Source: a virus (lineage: Duplodnaviria > Caudoviricetes). Taken from it: a stretch of 64,000 nt of DNA. Shown piece after piece: positions 18,288 to 27,487 of the stretch (position 1 is its first letter; the number at the start of each line of letters is the position of its first letter). The DNA lies in the IMG/VR virus record IMGVR_UViG_3300025009_000099, positions 928 through 64,927 of that record, one strand, 5' to 3'. The notes under the pieces are model-generated. The model was not told the DNA's origin. It ran no database searches and saw only the letters and a program-made list of their open reading frames with translations. The position numbers and the translations under genes were made by a program.

Positions 18288-18373
18288 GCCGGAAACGCAT
18301 TGGATAGCAAGTCCATGCGCACCATTCGACCTGAATTGACAGGTATCGCCAGCATGACGATGTTGGAATCGGC
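18288..18373 (+). ncRNA. Candidate structured RNA (four-way junction)
   Basis: Closing GCCG/CGGC plus three hairpins (18296-18319, 18329-18344, 18349-18366); flanked by TCTTAAT direct repeats. Confidence 0.4.
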
Positions 18374-18395
18374 TTCTTAATTATGAGGAGTTATT

Positions 18396-18590
18396 ATGAT
18401 AACTGGAAAAAAATTAAAAGAGCTTGTTATGTATATTCCTGATGATGCAAAAATTTATGCTTATGAAGGTGAAGATACAGGCTTTGGTATTCGTATGAAG
18501 GATGGTTCTTATGCCTGGATACGCGCTCATGATAATGATATTGAAGATGATCAAACAGAATTTAAATTAAATATTTCAGAAACTATATAA
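18396..18590 (+). CDS. Hypothetical protein
   Basis: GAGGAG RBS. Confidence 0.6.
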   Translation: MITGKKLKELVMYIPDDAKIYAYEGEDTGFGIRMKDGSYAWIRAHDNDIEDDQTEFKLNISETI

Positions 18591-18643
18591 AATATTACCT
18601 CAGCTAGTTTCTTTTCATTAGGTTCAACGAGAGGATTTCTCAA

Positions 18644-19615
18644 ATGAATTTTTACGAAAAAATAGACTACAGTGCATTATCAACCTATCTCACGTGTCCA
18701 CGCAGGTTCTTATTCCAATATGTAATGAACCTCAAGCCAGCCGGACAATCCATTCATCTTGTATTTGGAAGCTGCTGGCATTACGGCCTAGAAGCCACGT
18801 ACAATATCTTAATTAAGGATTCTTCACCATCTGTTCTTGATGCAACTGAAACTTCCATCAAAGCATTCCACAAGCTTTGGAAGCTCGATGGCGAACCATT
18901 TTGGAAAAATGAAGATGCAATCTTTCCCAAGTCTCCCGGCCATGCAGCCAATATGTACAAGGGTTATTGGGATCGCTTTCTCGTAAGTGATGTAAAAAAT
19001 CGTTCAATCTTGGCTGTTGAAGCACCATTTTCCATCGACCTTTCTGTAAAGGGCTTGAAGCTGCCCAATTATATTGGCCGCATTGATTTAATATTTTCCA
19101 GCGGTGAGAATGGAATCGATATTCTCGACCACAAAACAGCGAAAGCTATCTACTCTACAACACCCCAAACTTTTGAAATGTCATTCCAGTCAGACGGTTA
19201 TCTAACCGCTGGCAGAATTTTTTATGATAAAATTCCAACCATTACTTATCGAGTTGCTCTTTGCCAAAAAAGCAAGATTGACTTTGTCCCAATTACAATC
19301 AACAAACGCTCAGCGGCGATTGAACACTTCTTGTCTGATCTTTGTCATTATGCAGATGAGATTCAGCAAAACTTAAACATACTTGAAGAAGATATGATTA
19401 ACTGCCGAGAACGCTCGGATGTGTTGAAATCATTCCACAGAAATCCAGGCTATGCTTGTACGACATTTAGCTCAGTTTGTCCTTATTATGATCTTTGCAG
19501 ACTCCGAAACAATCCGTTGCACTGGATGGAAAAAGCGCCTCAAGGATTTATTCACTCAGAATGGGACCCGGAGTTGCATGAGGCAAGAACAAAGCAGAGA
19601 TTGAGTGAGGTATAA
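18644..19615 (+). CDS. PD-(D/E)XK exonuclease (RecB/Cas4-like)
   Basis: YSALSTYLTCPRRF, FGSCWH, GRIDLI, ILDHKT, three C-terminal Cys (putative Fe-S staple). Confidence 0.85.
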   Translation: MNFYEKIDYSALSTYLTCPRRFLFQYVMNLKPAGQSIHLVFGSCWHYGLEATYNILIKDSSPSVLDATETSIKAFHKLWKLDGEPFWKNEDAIFPKSPGHAANMYKGYWDRFLVSDVKNRSILAVEAPFSIDLSVKGLKLPNYIGRIDLIFSSGENGIDILDHKTAKAIYSTTPQTFEMSFQSDGYLTAGRIFYDKIPTITYRVALCQKSKIDFVPITINKRSAAIEHFLSDLCHYADEIQQNLNILEEDMINCRERSDVLKSFHRNPGYACTTFSSVCPYYDLCRLRNNPLHWMEKAPQGFIHSEWDPELHEARTKQRLSEV

Positions 19616-19617
19616 TT

Positions 19618-19860
19618 ATGGGAACTGAATATAAACTTTACAAAGACAATCAGTTTGGTGAATTAACTATTGATGAAATGTCAAATAGATTAACATTAAA
19701 CTTTATTGGAGAAGATGAATATACTCATCCATCTAATGATATGACACCACAAGAAATGGCAAAAGTTTTTCTTAAGGGGTTAACAGTCTGTTCCTATTGG
19801 ATGGATATAGATGAATTAAAAAAGATGATTTCAGATCATGTTAAAAAGGAGTTTTATTAA
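19618..19860 (+). CDS. Hypothetical protein
   Basis: GAGG RBS, AT-rich insert. Confidence 0.55.
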   Translation: MGTEYKLYKDNQFGELTIDEMSNRLTLNFIGEDEYTHPSNDMTPQEMAKVFLKGLTVCSYWMDIDELKKMISDHVKKEFY

Positions 19861-19861
19861 T

Positions 19862-20125
19862 ATGAGCTATTATTCAGATGATCCTGCAATGGTAAGAGTT
19901 GACTTCTGGAAACCTTCAGGTAAATGGTACACTACTGAAGCAGTAAAATGGACTGCTGGATGGCAAAGAGAATCATGCTTAATTCATGATGGATTTGCAA
20001 AATCTCTTCGAGAGCATTTTAAAGCTAATCCAGATAGATTATCTGATATGGATGCAACTTGTCTGGAACCATACCATGAACTTTCTCATCCAATACAACT
20101 TAAAGCAGGTAGTTGGAATAAATAG
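19862..20125 (+). CDS. Hypothetical phage protein
   Basis: VRVDFWKPSGKWYT; AAGGAG RBS. Confidence 0.6.
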   Translation: MSYYSDDPAMVRVDFWKPSGKWYTTEAVKWTAGWQRESCLIHDGFAKSLREHFKANPDRLSDMDATCLEPYHELSHPIQLKAGSWNK

Positions 20126-20159
20126 TAGTTAAGATTAAAATCATTTAAAGGAGTTTTAA

Positions 20160-20966
20160 ATGAACCCACAAGTAGCTACACCACCAAATTTCAACAAAAC
20201 AAAACTAACTGAAAAGCAACGAATCTTTAACCTCAAATTCTTGCTAACCGGAAATTCAGGTTCTGGCAAAACCCACTTCACGGCAACCTACACCAAGGGA
20301 CCGCTGCATTATTACATGTTCGACAAAGGAGGCGAAAAGACAATAGAGAAAATTGCATCCAAAAGAACAGACATAACAATTGATAACTTCTCAGCTGACT
20401 CTTTGTTATTCTCTGATTTTTGGCGAACCTTCCAGGAAGATGAAAAAAATGGTTTATTTCAATGGCTGAAGGAACAGTCAGGCATGTTAGTCCTTGACTC
20501 TCTGACAAATGCTAACAAGAAAGCAATCCATGAAATTGAAAAGAAGTCTGGGATTACTCCAAGTGGCATAGGTAAAAAGATAGACATGAAGATGGGCATG
20601 GCACCTGCTCATTGGGGCCAACTGCTGAACTGGATGAGCACTTTGGTAAGCTCACTCCAGGAGTTACCTTGTGCAGTTGCAGTCACAGTCCATTTGCACA
20701 CGCTCATGAATTCTAACCAGGAAGTAGTAGCAAGATATCCTGCAGTCAACGGACAGTTCAGGCAGTTACTAGCAGCAGATTTTGATGAAGCCTACTTGCT
20801 GACGACGCAAGGAACTAAGAGGCAAATATTTTTTACTGAAAAGATTGCATTTGAAGCAAAATCACGAGTATTTGATATGCCAAAGGTTGAAGGCATCACC
20901 ATGGATCAGCTTGCCACAGCATATCTGACAGGCAAAACAGTCATTCCACAATCTATTTCAGCTTAA
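20160..20966 (+). CDS. AAA/RecA-fold ATPase (Sak4-like single-strand annealing protein)
   Basis: GNSGSGKT, LVLDSLT, FDEAY, AKSR; lies between exonuclease and SSB. Confidence 0.75.
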   Translation: MNPQVATPPNFNKTKLTEKQRIFNLKFLLTGNSGSGKTHFTATYTKGPLHYYMFDKGGEKTIEKIASKRTDITIDNFSADSLLFSDFWRTFQEDEKNGLFQWLKEQSGMLVLDSLTNANKKAIHEIEKKSGITPSGIGKKIDMKMGMAPAHWGQLLNWMSTLVSSLQELPCAVAVTVHLHTLMNSNQEVVARYPAVNGQFRQLLAADFDEAYLLTTQGTKRQIFFTEKIAFEAKSRVFDMPKVEGITMDQLATAYLTGKTVIPQSISA

Positions 20967-20983
20967 TTAAAGGAGTTTTAATT

Positions 20984-21181
20984 ATGAAAATTGGACTTAA
21001 AGCAAAAGCCTATGAAGGCGTTGTCTGTATTGAGATTGATGACTCATGTGAAGATAAAAATCAATTCATAACTGGACTTTTTAGTTGTCTTTCAGCAGTT
21101 TCAGAAGACGAAGTTGATTTTGTCATCACTGTAGGTAAGAAAAAGATCAACATAACTAAAGGAGAAAACGAAACAGAATAA
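20984..21181 (+). CDS. Hypothetical protein
   Basis: AAGGAG RBS. Confidence 0.55.
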   Translation: MKIGLKAKAYEGVVCIEIDDSCEDKNQFITGLFSCLSAVSEDEVDFVITVGKKKINITKGENETE

Positions 21182-21279
21182 AACTAAACAAAAACAATCA
21201 ACTCAAACCAAACCTTTGATCGAAGAATCGTTCTTTGGTCATGCATCACACGCTAAACCTATTTAAAGGAGTATTAACT

Positions 21280-21702
21280 ATGTCTATGATTCCTAATCTG
21301 TCCGAAATTCCTGACAAAGCTCCTGTTGAAGCTGGCGAATATGACTTGACCATCTCTAAGGTCAAAGAGACCAAGTCTCAGCGTACAGGCAGGTATGGTT
21401 GTCAGCTCATTATTAATGTTGATGGAGAAGATAACGCCTCAACTATTTTTCACACTCTCTGGTATGGTAATTACAAAGATTATCAGGGCGATGATGAGGA
21501 AAAGAATAACTTGATGTGGCGGATGGTTAAAGATTTCCTTCGCGCACTTGGGCTTGATCCCGACCAGGAAACTGACGAATCTGATCTGGTTGGCCTGAAC
21601 TTTACGGCTGAACTCAGTTTTAATGATGGTATGAGTACAGACGATGATGGCAATCCGATCAAGGTTGGTCAGCCCAGGAATGAAATTGCAAGAGTAGTTT
21701 AA
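21280..21702 (+). CDS. Single-stranded DNA-binding protein (DUF669-like)
   Basis: PVEAGEYDLTISKV, FLRALG, DLVG, RNEI; follows the Sak4-like ATPase. Confidence 0.65.
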   Translation: MSMIPNLSEIPDKAPVEAGEYDLTISKVKETKSQRTGRYGCQLIINVDGEDNASTIFHTLWYGNYKDYQGDDEEKNNLMWRMVKDFLRALGLDPDQETDESDLVGLNFTAELSFNDGMSTDDDGNPIKVGQPRNEIARVV

Positions 21703-21726
21703 CCAATAACTCTAAATAATTAAAAC

Positions 21727-21853
21727 TTTGACGTTCAATTATGAACAACCATTTATTATGGTTACTAAGTAATTGAACGTCAAACATTCTTGCTTTATTT
21801 ATCTTTACTAAGAATTAATCTGCTAAAATATTAATGTTTAGCAAAGATAAATA
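21727..21853. other. Two tandem 58-nt hairpins; the first contains palindrome copy 3 (21733-21746)
   Basis: TTTGACGTTCAATTA/TAATTGAACGTCAAA (15 bp perfect); TATTTATCTTTACTAA/TTAGCAAAGATAAATA (1 mismatch). Confidence 0.6.
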
Positions 21854-21874
21854 TTTTTACAAAGGAGATTAGTT

Positions 21875-22129
21875 ATGGGAATGTTTGATACAGTTAATTT
21901 TTATTGTCCAGTTTGTGGAGCCTCTATTGATGTTCAATCTAAAGCTGATGACTGTATGCTGAAAGAATATGACAGATCAGAAGTTCCTATTAGAATAGCT
22001 GCTGATATTCTTGGAGAAGAATTTACTTGCGGAGATTGTAAAACTAAATTAGAGGTTTCTAGTCCTATTGGAAAATATGTTCAAATGTATTTAAACATAC
22101 TGTCTATAGGTAATTCAAATGAATCATGA
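21875..22129 (+). CDS. Zn-ribbon protein
   Basis: MGMFDTV..CPVCG..QSK...CGDC. Confidence 0.6.
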   Translation: MGMFDTVNFYCPVCGASIDVQSKADDCMLKEYDRSEVPIRIAADILGEEFTCGDCKTKLEVSSPIGKYVQMYLNILSIGNSNES

Positions 22130-23867
22130 ACAACTCATAAAAGAAATCTCCCAAGCAAATATGGCTTATGCATCTGGCATACCATTCATGACAGACAGCG
22201 AATACGATTTGCTTTGGCAACAACTTTATGCAATCGATCCACATAATAATATCCTTTACCATACCGCACAAGGCAGAACTGCACTGACGGGCAAAACCTG
22301 GCACAAGCATCCAATCTATGGAACGAACAAAGCATTTAACATGCTCGACCTCAAGCCATTCCTTACAAGGTTTGGATCATATGTATTACGGATCGAACCA
22401 AAATATGATGGCTGTGCAGCAGTTATAACACTCACAGATACTGGAATTAATATAACTCTTGAGGGTGACGGAAGATGTGGACGAGATATAACTCACTTAA
22501 TGCCATACATTACGTTTCCTTTCCAGCTTAGGCATTTTCAAGCAGTTGAAATACTTATCCCCCTGAACGAGTGGAACCCAGATTACGGAGCAAACCCAAG
22601 AAATGTAGTTGCTGGCTGGTTAGACCGCAAATATGATAAGCCCTCTGCCCTGATGACAGCCATACCCCATAATCATGGCAACCTATTTGAAGAATATACC
22701 TACTCCGGTAGCTTAGAAGCTATGGGAGATTTTCTACTTGAGACCTACAACAAATGGTCAAAGATCTATCCGATGGATGGCTTGATGATCAAGGTAGCGG
22801 ATGAAAAAGTTAGGCTTGTTGCAGGTAATAATGGACAGACCAATAACTGGTCAATCGCCTGGAAGCCACCAATACAAGTTAAAGAAACAAAAGTTGTTAA
22901 TATCGAATGGAATATTAGCAGACTCGGTCGGGCAATACCAACAGTTATCTATGAGCCAATTGAACTTTGTGGTACTACTAATAATCGCGTAACAGGCAAT
23001 AATGCAAAATGGATTGATGAACGTTGGATTATGCCAGGATCAGTCATTTCTGTAGGCAAAGCAGGCGAGATAATTCCAAAGATTTTATCTGTTAAGAATG
23101 TTGAAGATTATAAAAACTTGCTTCCCATTCACTGTCCAAAGTGTAGCGAAATTCTTCAATGGGAAGGAGTACATCTTGTCTGTAATGGAAACAGTTGTAT
23201 AGCTAAACTGATTGTCTCCATTGCATATTTCTACTCTCAGAAAGGTATAAAAATCGACGGAGTTGGCGAAGGCATTATAGAAAAACTACTTCAGAGTGAA
23301 AAATGTTATTCAGTATTATCAACTAAGCCCTGGGCACTTCTTGATCCACTTAGCTACGATCTTGTACCAGACATAATAAATACAATTGGAGTAACAATTT
23401 ATAGCAATATCGCTGAACAAGTATTTTCAATGAATAATCAATGCACAATGGCCCATTTTGTAGCAGGATTAGGACTTCCAGGCTTGGCATACAAGTCATC
23501 TTTGAGGCTTTGCCAATATTTAAGAACTGGCCAGATTAATATTCACATAACTGATAATGCTAAACGCAGCTTTGTTGAAGCAGCTACTATTTATACTGAA
23601 GCAATTAAGGAAATGAAAAACTTCTCTTTTGCCCCATTACCTAGTGAAGCGAAAGCAATTTATTGCATTACCGGATCGCTAAGCCAGTCACGAGAGACTA
23701 TGATAGAAATTTTGAATACTTATGGATATGAATTTTCATCTGGAGTAACGAGAGAAACAAACTACTTAGTCGTCGGTACTGAACCTGGCAGAACCAAGAT
23801 AGAAAAGGCAACTCGTTACAACATCCCTCAGATAACTGAGGAACAACTTTTTAACCTTTTACGGTGA
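22119..23867 (+). CDS. ligA: NAD-dependent DNA ligase
   Basis: Domain Ia TDSEYD, EPKYDG adenylation motif, DGLMIK, AWKP, KAGEIIPKI, C4 Zn finger, C-terminal BRCT (ITGSL...TKIEKA). Confidence 0.9.
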   Translation: MNHEQLIKEISQANMAYASGIPFMTDSEYDLLWQQLYAIDPHNNILYHTAQGRTALTGKTWHKHPIYGTNKAFNMLDLKPFLTRFGSYVLRIEPKYDGCAAVITLTDTGINITLEGDGRCGRDITHLMPYITFPFQLRHFQAVEILIPLNEWNPDYGANPRNVVAGWLDRKYDKPSALMTAIPHNHGNLFEEYTYSGSLEAMGDFLLETYNKWSKIYPMDGLMIKVADEKVRLVAGNNGQTNNWSIAWKPPIQVKETKVVNIEWNISRLGRAIPTVIYEPIELCGTTNNRVTGNNAKWIDERWIMPGSVISVGKAGEIIPKILSVKNVEDYKNLLPIHCPKCSEILQWEGVHLVCNGNSCIAKLIVSIAYFYSQKGIKIDGVGEGIIEKLLQSEKCYSVLSTKPWALLDPLSYDLVPDIINTIGVTIYSNIAEQVFSMNNQCTMAHFVAGLGLPGLAYKSSLRLCQYLRTGQINIHITDNAKRSFVEAATIYTEAIKEMKNFSFAPLPSEAKAIYCITGSLSQSRETMIEILNTYGYEFSSGVTRETNYLVVGTEPGRTKIEKATRYNIPQITEEQLFNLLR

Positions 23868-24082
23868 ACAAAATGCTCAAAGAAGAATGTAAAGTAACTG
23901 CACGAATAGATAAAGACTTGTATGATCAAGTCCAGGAACACTTTCACCATGGCCAGCAGACAAAACTGTTCAGGCAAATATTCCTTTCGCTGAAAAGCAT
24001 TATTAATGGTGGAAAGCTGAATGAGGTTCTTGATTATATGTATAAAGGTAAAGCATTAACTCTGCCCGGCATAGAGGAATAA
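23864..24082 (+). CDS. RHH-like small protein
   Basis: KVTARIDKDLYDQV...QQTKLFRQIF. Confidence 0.5.
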   Translation: MNKMLKEECKVTARIDKDLYDQVQEHFHHGQQTKLFRQIFLSLKSIINGGKLNEVLDYMYKGKALTLPGIEE

Positions 24083-24084
24083 CC

Positions 24085-24411
24085 ATGACCTTTAACGAAT
24101 ACCAAAGTCTGGCAAATTCAACTGACATTTATCCACCAGACAAAGCTCTTGATTGCCACATTCTTGGGCTTGCCAATGAAGCTGGTGAAGTAGCAGGTAA
24201 GCTTAAAAAGATTTATCGTGACAAAGATGGACTTATTTCACCAACTGATGTACTTGAAATATCTAAAGAGCTTGGAGATGTTTTGTGGTATCTATCTTGT
24301 ACAGCCTATGATCTTGAAATAACACTTGAAGATATAGCAATAATGAATATTAACAAACTTGCTGATCGTAAAGAACGTAACAAGCTAGGTGGTTCTGGAG
24401 ATCATAGATAA
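24085..24411 (+). CDS. mazG: MazG-like nucleotide pyrophosphohydrolase
   Basis: LGLANEAGEVAGKLKK, KELGDVLWY, NINKLADR, GSGDHR. Confidence 0.9.
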   Translation: MTFNEYQSLANSTDIYPPDKALDCHILGLANEAGEVAGKLKKIYRDKDGLISPTDVLEISKELGDVLWYLSCTAYDLEITLEDIAIMNINKLADRKERNKLGGSGDHR

Positions 24412-24421
24412 GGAGATAATT

Positions 24422-24706
24422 ATGAATCAGGAATTAAGATCAAAATATGCTGAATATATTGCTGATGCAATTAGATATATTCAAAAAGAATCTAAATTAA
24501 CTTTACCAGAAGGTACTATTTTAATTACTAAATCATATACTGGATTATATGACATTAATGACCTTATAGGTATAAAAGTATTTGTTTGTGATATTCCTAG
24601 TGCATATGATTTTTATATTGCTTTTCCTTCTGAAAATGAAAAACACTATAAAATGCAGAAATATTTTCAAGAATATTTAGATTTATATCCTTTTGATCTT
24701 GATTAA
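24422..24706 (+). CDS. Hypothetical AT-rich protein
   Basis: AAGGAG RBS. Confidence 0.55.
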   Translation: MNQELRSKYAEYIADAIRYIQKESKLTLPEGTILITKSYTGLYDINDLIGIKVFVCDIPSAYDFYIAFPSENEKHYKMQKYFQEYLDLYPFDLD

Positions 24707-24718
24707 ATGGAGCAAATT

Positions 24719-25009
24719 ATGCCACTAATGGATCGTATTTACTGCCGGTCATTCTTAGAAATGTCTTATCCAGAGCAGGCCAGACTGATTGAACGCGTTC
24801 GGACTATGCGAACATCTGCGCTGAACGCAGCACTTGTTAAGTCTCAAAAGATCACAAAGTCTGCAATGAAGAACATTTCTAAGAACTCTGGAACAAAGCG
24901 CGGCAAGAAGATGCTGGCTGATCCTACTAAGAACGCAACAGACTTGCTTGGTAAACTTTCAGCAGAGCAAATAGAGTTAATCAAAAGGCAGTTTCAAAAT
25001 TTAAACTAG
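24719..25009 (+). CDS. Basic protein with shared C-terminal helical tail
   Basis: GGAG RBS; ends ADPTKNATDLLGKLSAEQIELIKRQFQNLN. Confidence 0.65.
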   Translation: MPLMDRIYCRSFLEMSYPEQARLIERVRTMRTSALNAALVKSQKITKSAMKNISKNSGTKRGKKMLADPTKNATDLLGKLSAEQIELIKRQFQNLN

Positions 25010-25017
25010 GTTTAATT

Positions 25018-25224
25018 ATGGGAGAGCTTATAAGCAATCAAGATATTGATGATTCATTTATGTTTAATTCTATTTATATTCAAACATTTGATATTTATGA
25101 TTTGATAGATAGAATTATTACAATAAAATCATTTAAAGATGGTGATATTGAATTAATCTTTGCCATAGATATAGAAACAAAAGAATTATTTCTCTTGAAA
25201 GAGATAAAACATATAAGGAATTAA
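25018..25224 (+). CDS. Hypothetical AT-rich protein
   Basis: ORF track; very AT-rich insert. Confidence 0.45.
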   Translation: MGELISNQDIDDSFMFNSIYIQTFDIYDLIDRIITIKSFKDGDIELIFAIDIETKELFLLKEIKHIRN

Positions 25225-25227
25225 AAA

Positions 25228-26658
25228 ATGCAACTCTTCCAAATAGAAGAAAGAAACATTTCAGACATCATAATCAAAGATCGCGCCCGTACAGCAGTAG
25301 GCGACATCTCCAGCTTAGCTGATTCAATCTCGATGGTCGGCCAGCTTCATGCAATCCTAATCGACTCGAATAACGTCTTAATCGATGGCCTTCATCGCAT
25401 CGAAGCCTTTAAGAAACTTGGCAGGGAAACAATCGAAGTAAGGGTCTTCGATGGCATTACTGAAGACGATCACTTTTTGATCGAACTCCTCAGTAACATG
25501 GACCGAAAGGAGTTTCTGTGGCATGAAGAAATAGACCTCAAGTATAAGCTTCACAACTATTGGGTAGAAGCAGCAGGCAAGGAAAGCAAATCTTGGGGCT
25601 ATCGTGAAACAGCCAAGCGGCTCAAGTGCAGTCTCGGTGGCTTATCTACTGACCTAGCTTTCGCAGAAGCTCTCAAAGTCTTCCCGATTCTCAAAGAACA
25701 GTCTACTAAAGGCCGAGCTAAGGAAGCTTACAAAGCTCTTGGTGAACAAGCTAAGGCACTTCAACGAATGGGAAGTTTCACAGATGCTGAAAAAGGGCGT
25801 TTAGTTGCTCTGCAAAATGGAACCATGACGGCACCGATAAAGAACACGGTAACTCAGAATGTATTTGAGAAAACCAAACAAGCCAAAGAAAGACTTGCAG
25901 AATTTGACGAGGATGATGAAGAGCTTAACGATGAACAAGAATCAACCAGCTCTAACATCCAAGTAATTTATGTAGCCGAAAACTACAAAACCTTCCTAGA
26001 TAAGATTCCAAGCAACTCTGTGGGGATGGTAGAACTCGATCCTCCTTATGCAATTGATTTCAACGATAACTATGGTAAAACGAATAAGATCGAATGTAAA
26101 GCCCAAGACTGGGATGAAAAAGAGCTTTATGACTTCTACTTTAATTATCTTCCGTTAGTCTATGAGAAGATGCTTGACTGTAGTTGGGCTTTAGTCTGGA
26201 CAGGCAAAGAACATTTTATACAGATCAATAACATTGCAAGAGAAATAGGATTTGGAACTCAAGAACCAGGAAGCTGGAATAAAAAAGGTGGAAGTACAAA
26301 TAAACCAAAAACAAGAATGGTGAGTAGTTGGGAAATGTTTTTACTTCTTTCTAAAGGAAATGCACAATTTAATACACCAAGTTTTGATTCATCAGTAATT
26401 TTATCAACTGTTCCTTCAAGTCAACGCATTCATCAGTGGGAAAAGCCGATTGAGCTTTATGATCATTTCTTAAAAGCATTAGGTAAACCTGGAACGTTAT
26501 TTATGAGTCTCTTCGCAGGATCTGGTAATTGCTTGATTAGTGCAGCCAAAGAAAAAATGATGCCAGTTGGTTGTGATAAGAGCCAGAAGTATATTCCAGA
26601 ATTTTACCAGAGACTTGAAAATTATTTGGGAATAACTGCTGAAGTGGAAGGACTTTAA
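25228..26658 (+). CDS. ParB-N domain fused to beta-class N6A/N4C DNA methyltransferase
   Basis: LADSI...GQLHAI..LIDGLHRIEA (ParB box), HTH, DPPY, HQWEKP, LFAGSG. Confidence 0.85.
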   Translation: MQLFQIEERNISDIIIKDRARTAVGDISSLADSISMVGQLHAILIDSNNVLIDGLHRIEAFKKLGRETIEVRVFDGITEDDHFLIELLSNMDRKEFLWHEEIDLKYKLHNYWVEAAGKESKSWGYRETAKRLKCSLGGLSTDLAFAEALKVFPILKEQSTKGRAKEAYKALGEQAKALQRMGSFTDAEKGRLVALQNGTMTAPIKNTVTQNVFEKTKQAKERLAEFDEDDEELNDEQESTSSNIQVIYVAENYKTFLDKIPSNSVGMVELDPPYAIDFNDNYGKTNKIECKAQDWDEKELYDFYFNYLPLVYEKMLDCSWALVWTGKEHFIQINNIAREIGFGTQEPGSWNKKGGSTNKPKTRMVSSWEMFLLLSKGNAQFNTPSFDSSVILSTVPSSQRIHQWEKPIELYDHFLKALGKPGTLFMSLFAGSGNCLISAAKEKMMPVGCDKSQKYIPEFYQRLENYLGITAEVEGL

Positions 26659-26805
26659 ATGTTAATTGTATCTAAGAGATATCATAGACTTTGGAGAAAA
26701 GGACGGAGTAAACTTGAATGGACAGAACAAGTTTATAATTACTTACTAGAATTAAAAAGTTTTTGGAGAAGTCAAGGTATTAATAGATATTGATGGATAA
26801 ATATT

Positions 26806-27075
26806 ATGACAAAATATAAAGTAGGCCAACTATCAGAACAGAAAGCCCCCATTACGCCTGGTTCTAACTGTTGCCTACATAAAAACATCGTGCCACTCGA
26901 AATAGGTTTTGCCTCCAAGAGCTGGCCGAACGGCTATAAAAATGAGCCAAACTATAACTTTGCTATCAACATCATCAGTGCAAATGTTATACGAGTTCGT
27001 TCTTATCTTTGCTTAGACTGTAAGCAGGAAATAAAGGCTCCGAATCCAGGAGCATTGACAAAGGATCGGATATGA
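26806..27075 (+). CDS. Hypothetical Cys-containing protein
   Basis: CCLH...CLDC. Confidence 0.55.
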   Translation: MTKYKVGQLSEQKAPITPGSNCCLHKNIVPLEIGFASKSWPNGYKNEPNYNFAINIISANVIRVRSYLCLDCKQEIKAPNPGALTKDRI

Positions 27076-27458
27076 AAAATCAAAATATTTTACCATTAGT
27101 TCTTTTAGATGATGATGGAATACGTCCAGCTGGCAAACCAGATGAATGTTTATATTGTAAGCAAAAAGTAGGGGAGGAGCATAAATATGATTGTGTTATT
27201 TTACAAAGAAAAGTAAAAGTTAGATATTCGTATGTCATTGAAATTGAAGTTCCTTGGTCTTGGACAGAAGATCAAATATCCTTTCATAGAAATGGAAGTT
27301 CTTGGTGTTGTGATAATTCATTAGATGAATTGGAAGAATTAAGAACTCAATTAAATGCAGAAAATAATTGCTTATGTTCTGTTTTTAATTGTGATGTTAT
27401 AGAAATTCCAGATATGAAACCTTTTCGTAAAAATAATAAAGAAGAAATAGTTCCTTAA
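27072..27458 (+). CDS. Cys-rich hypothetical phage protein
   Basis: RPAGKPDECLYC..GEEH..DC; NGSSWC; CLC. Confidence 0.6.
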   Translation: MKNQNILPLVLLDDDGIRPAGKPDECLYCKQKVGEEHKYDCVILQRKVKVRYSYVIEIEVPWSWTEDQISFHRNGSSWCCDNSLDELEELRTQLNAENNCLCSVFNCDVIEIPDMKPFRKNNKEEIVP

Positions 27459-27487
27459 ATATAATAGAATAGGATATAGGTTATGAT

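Noticed and set aside
18288-18373. tRNA gene
   Set aside because: Only a 4-bp closing stem, no T-loop TTCRA in the third arm, no 7-nt anticodon loop or CCA; kept as an unknown structure
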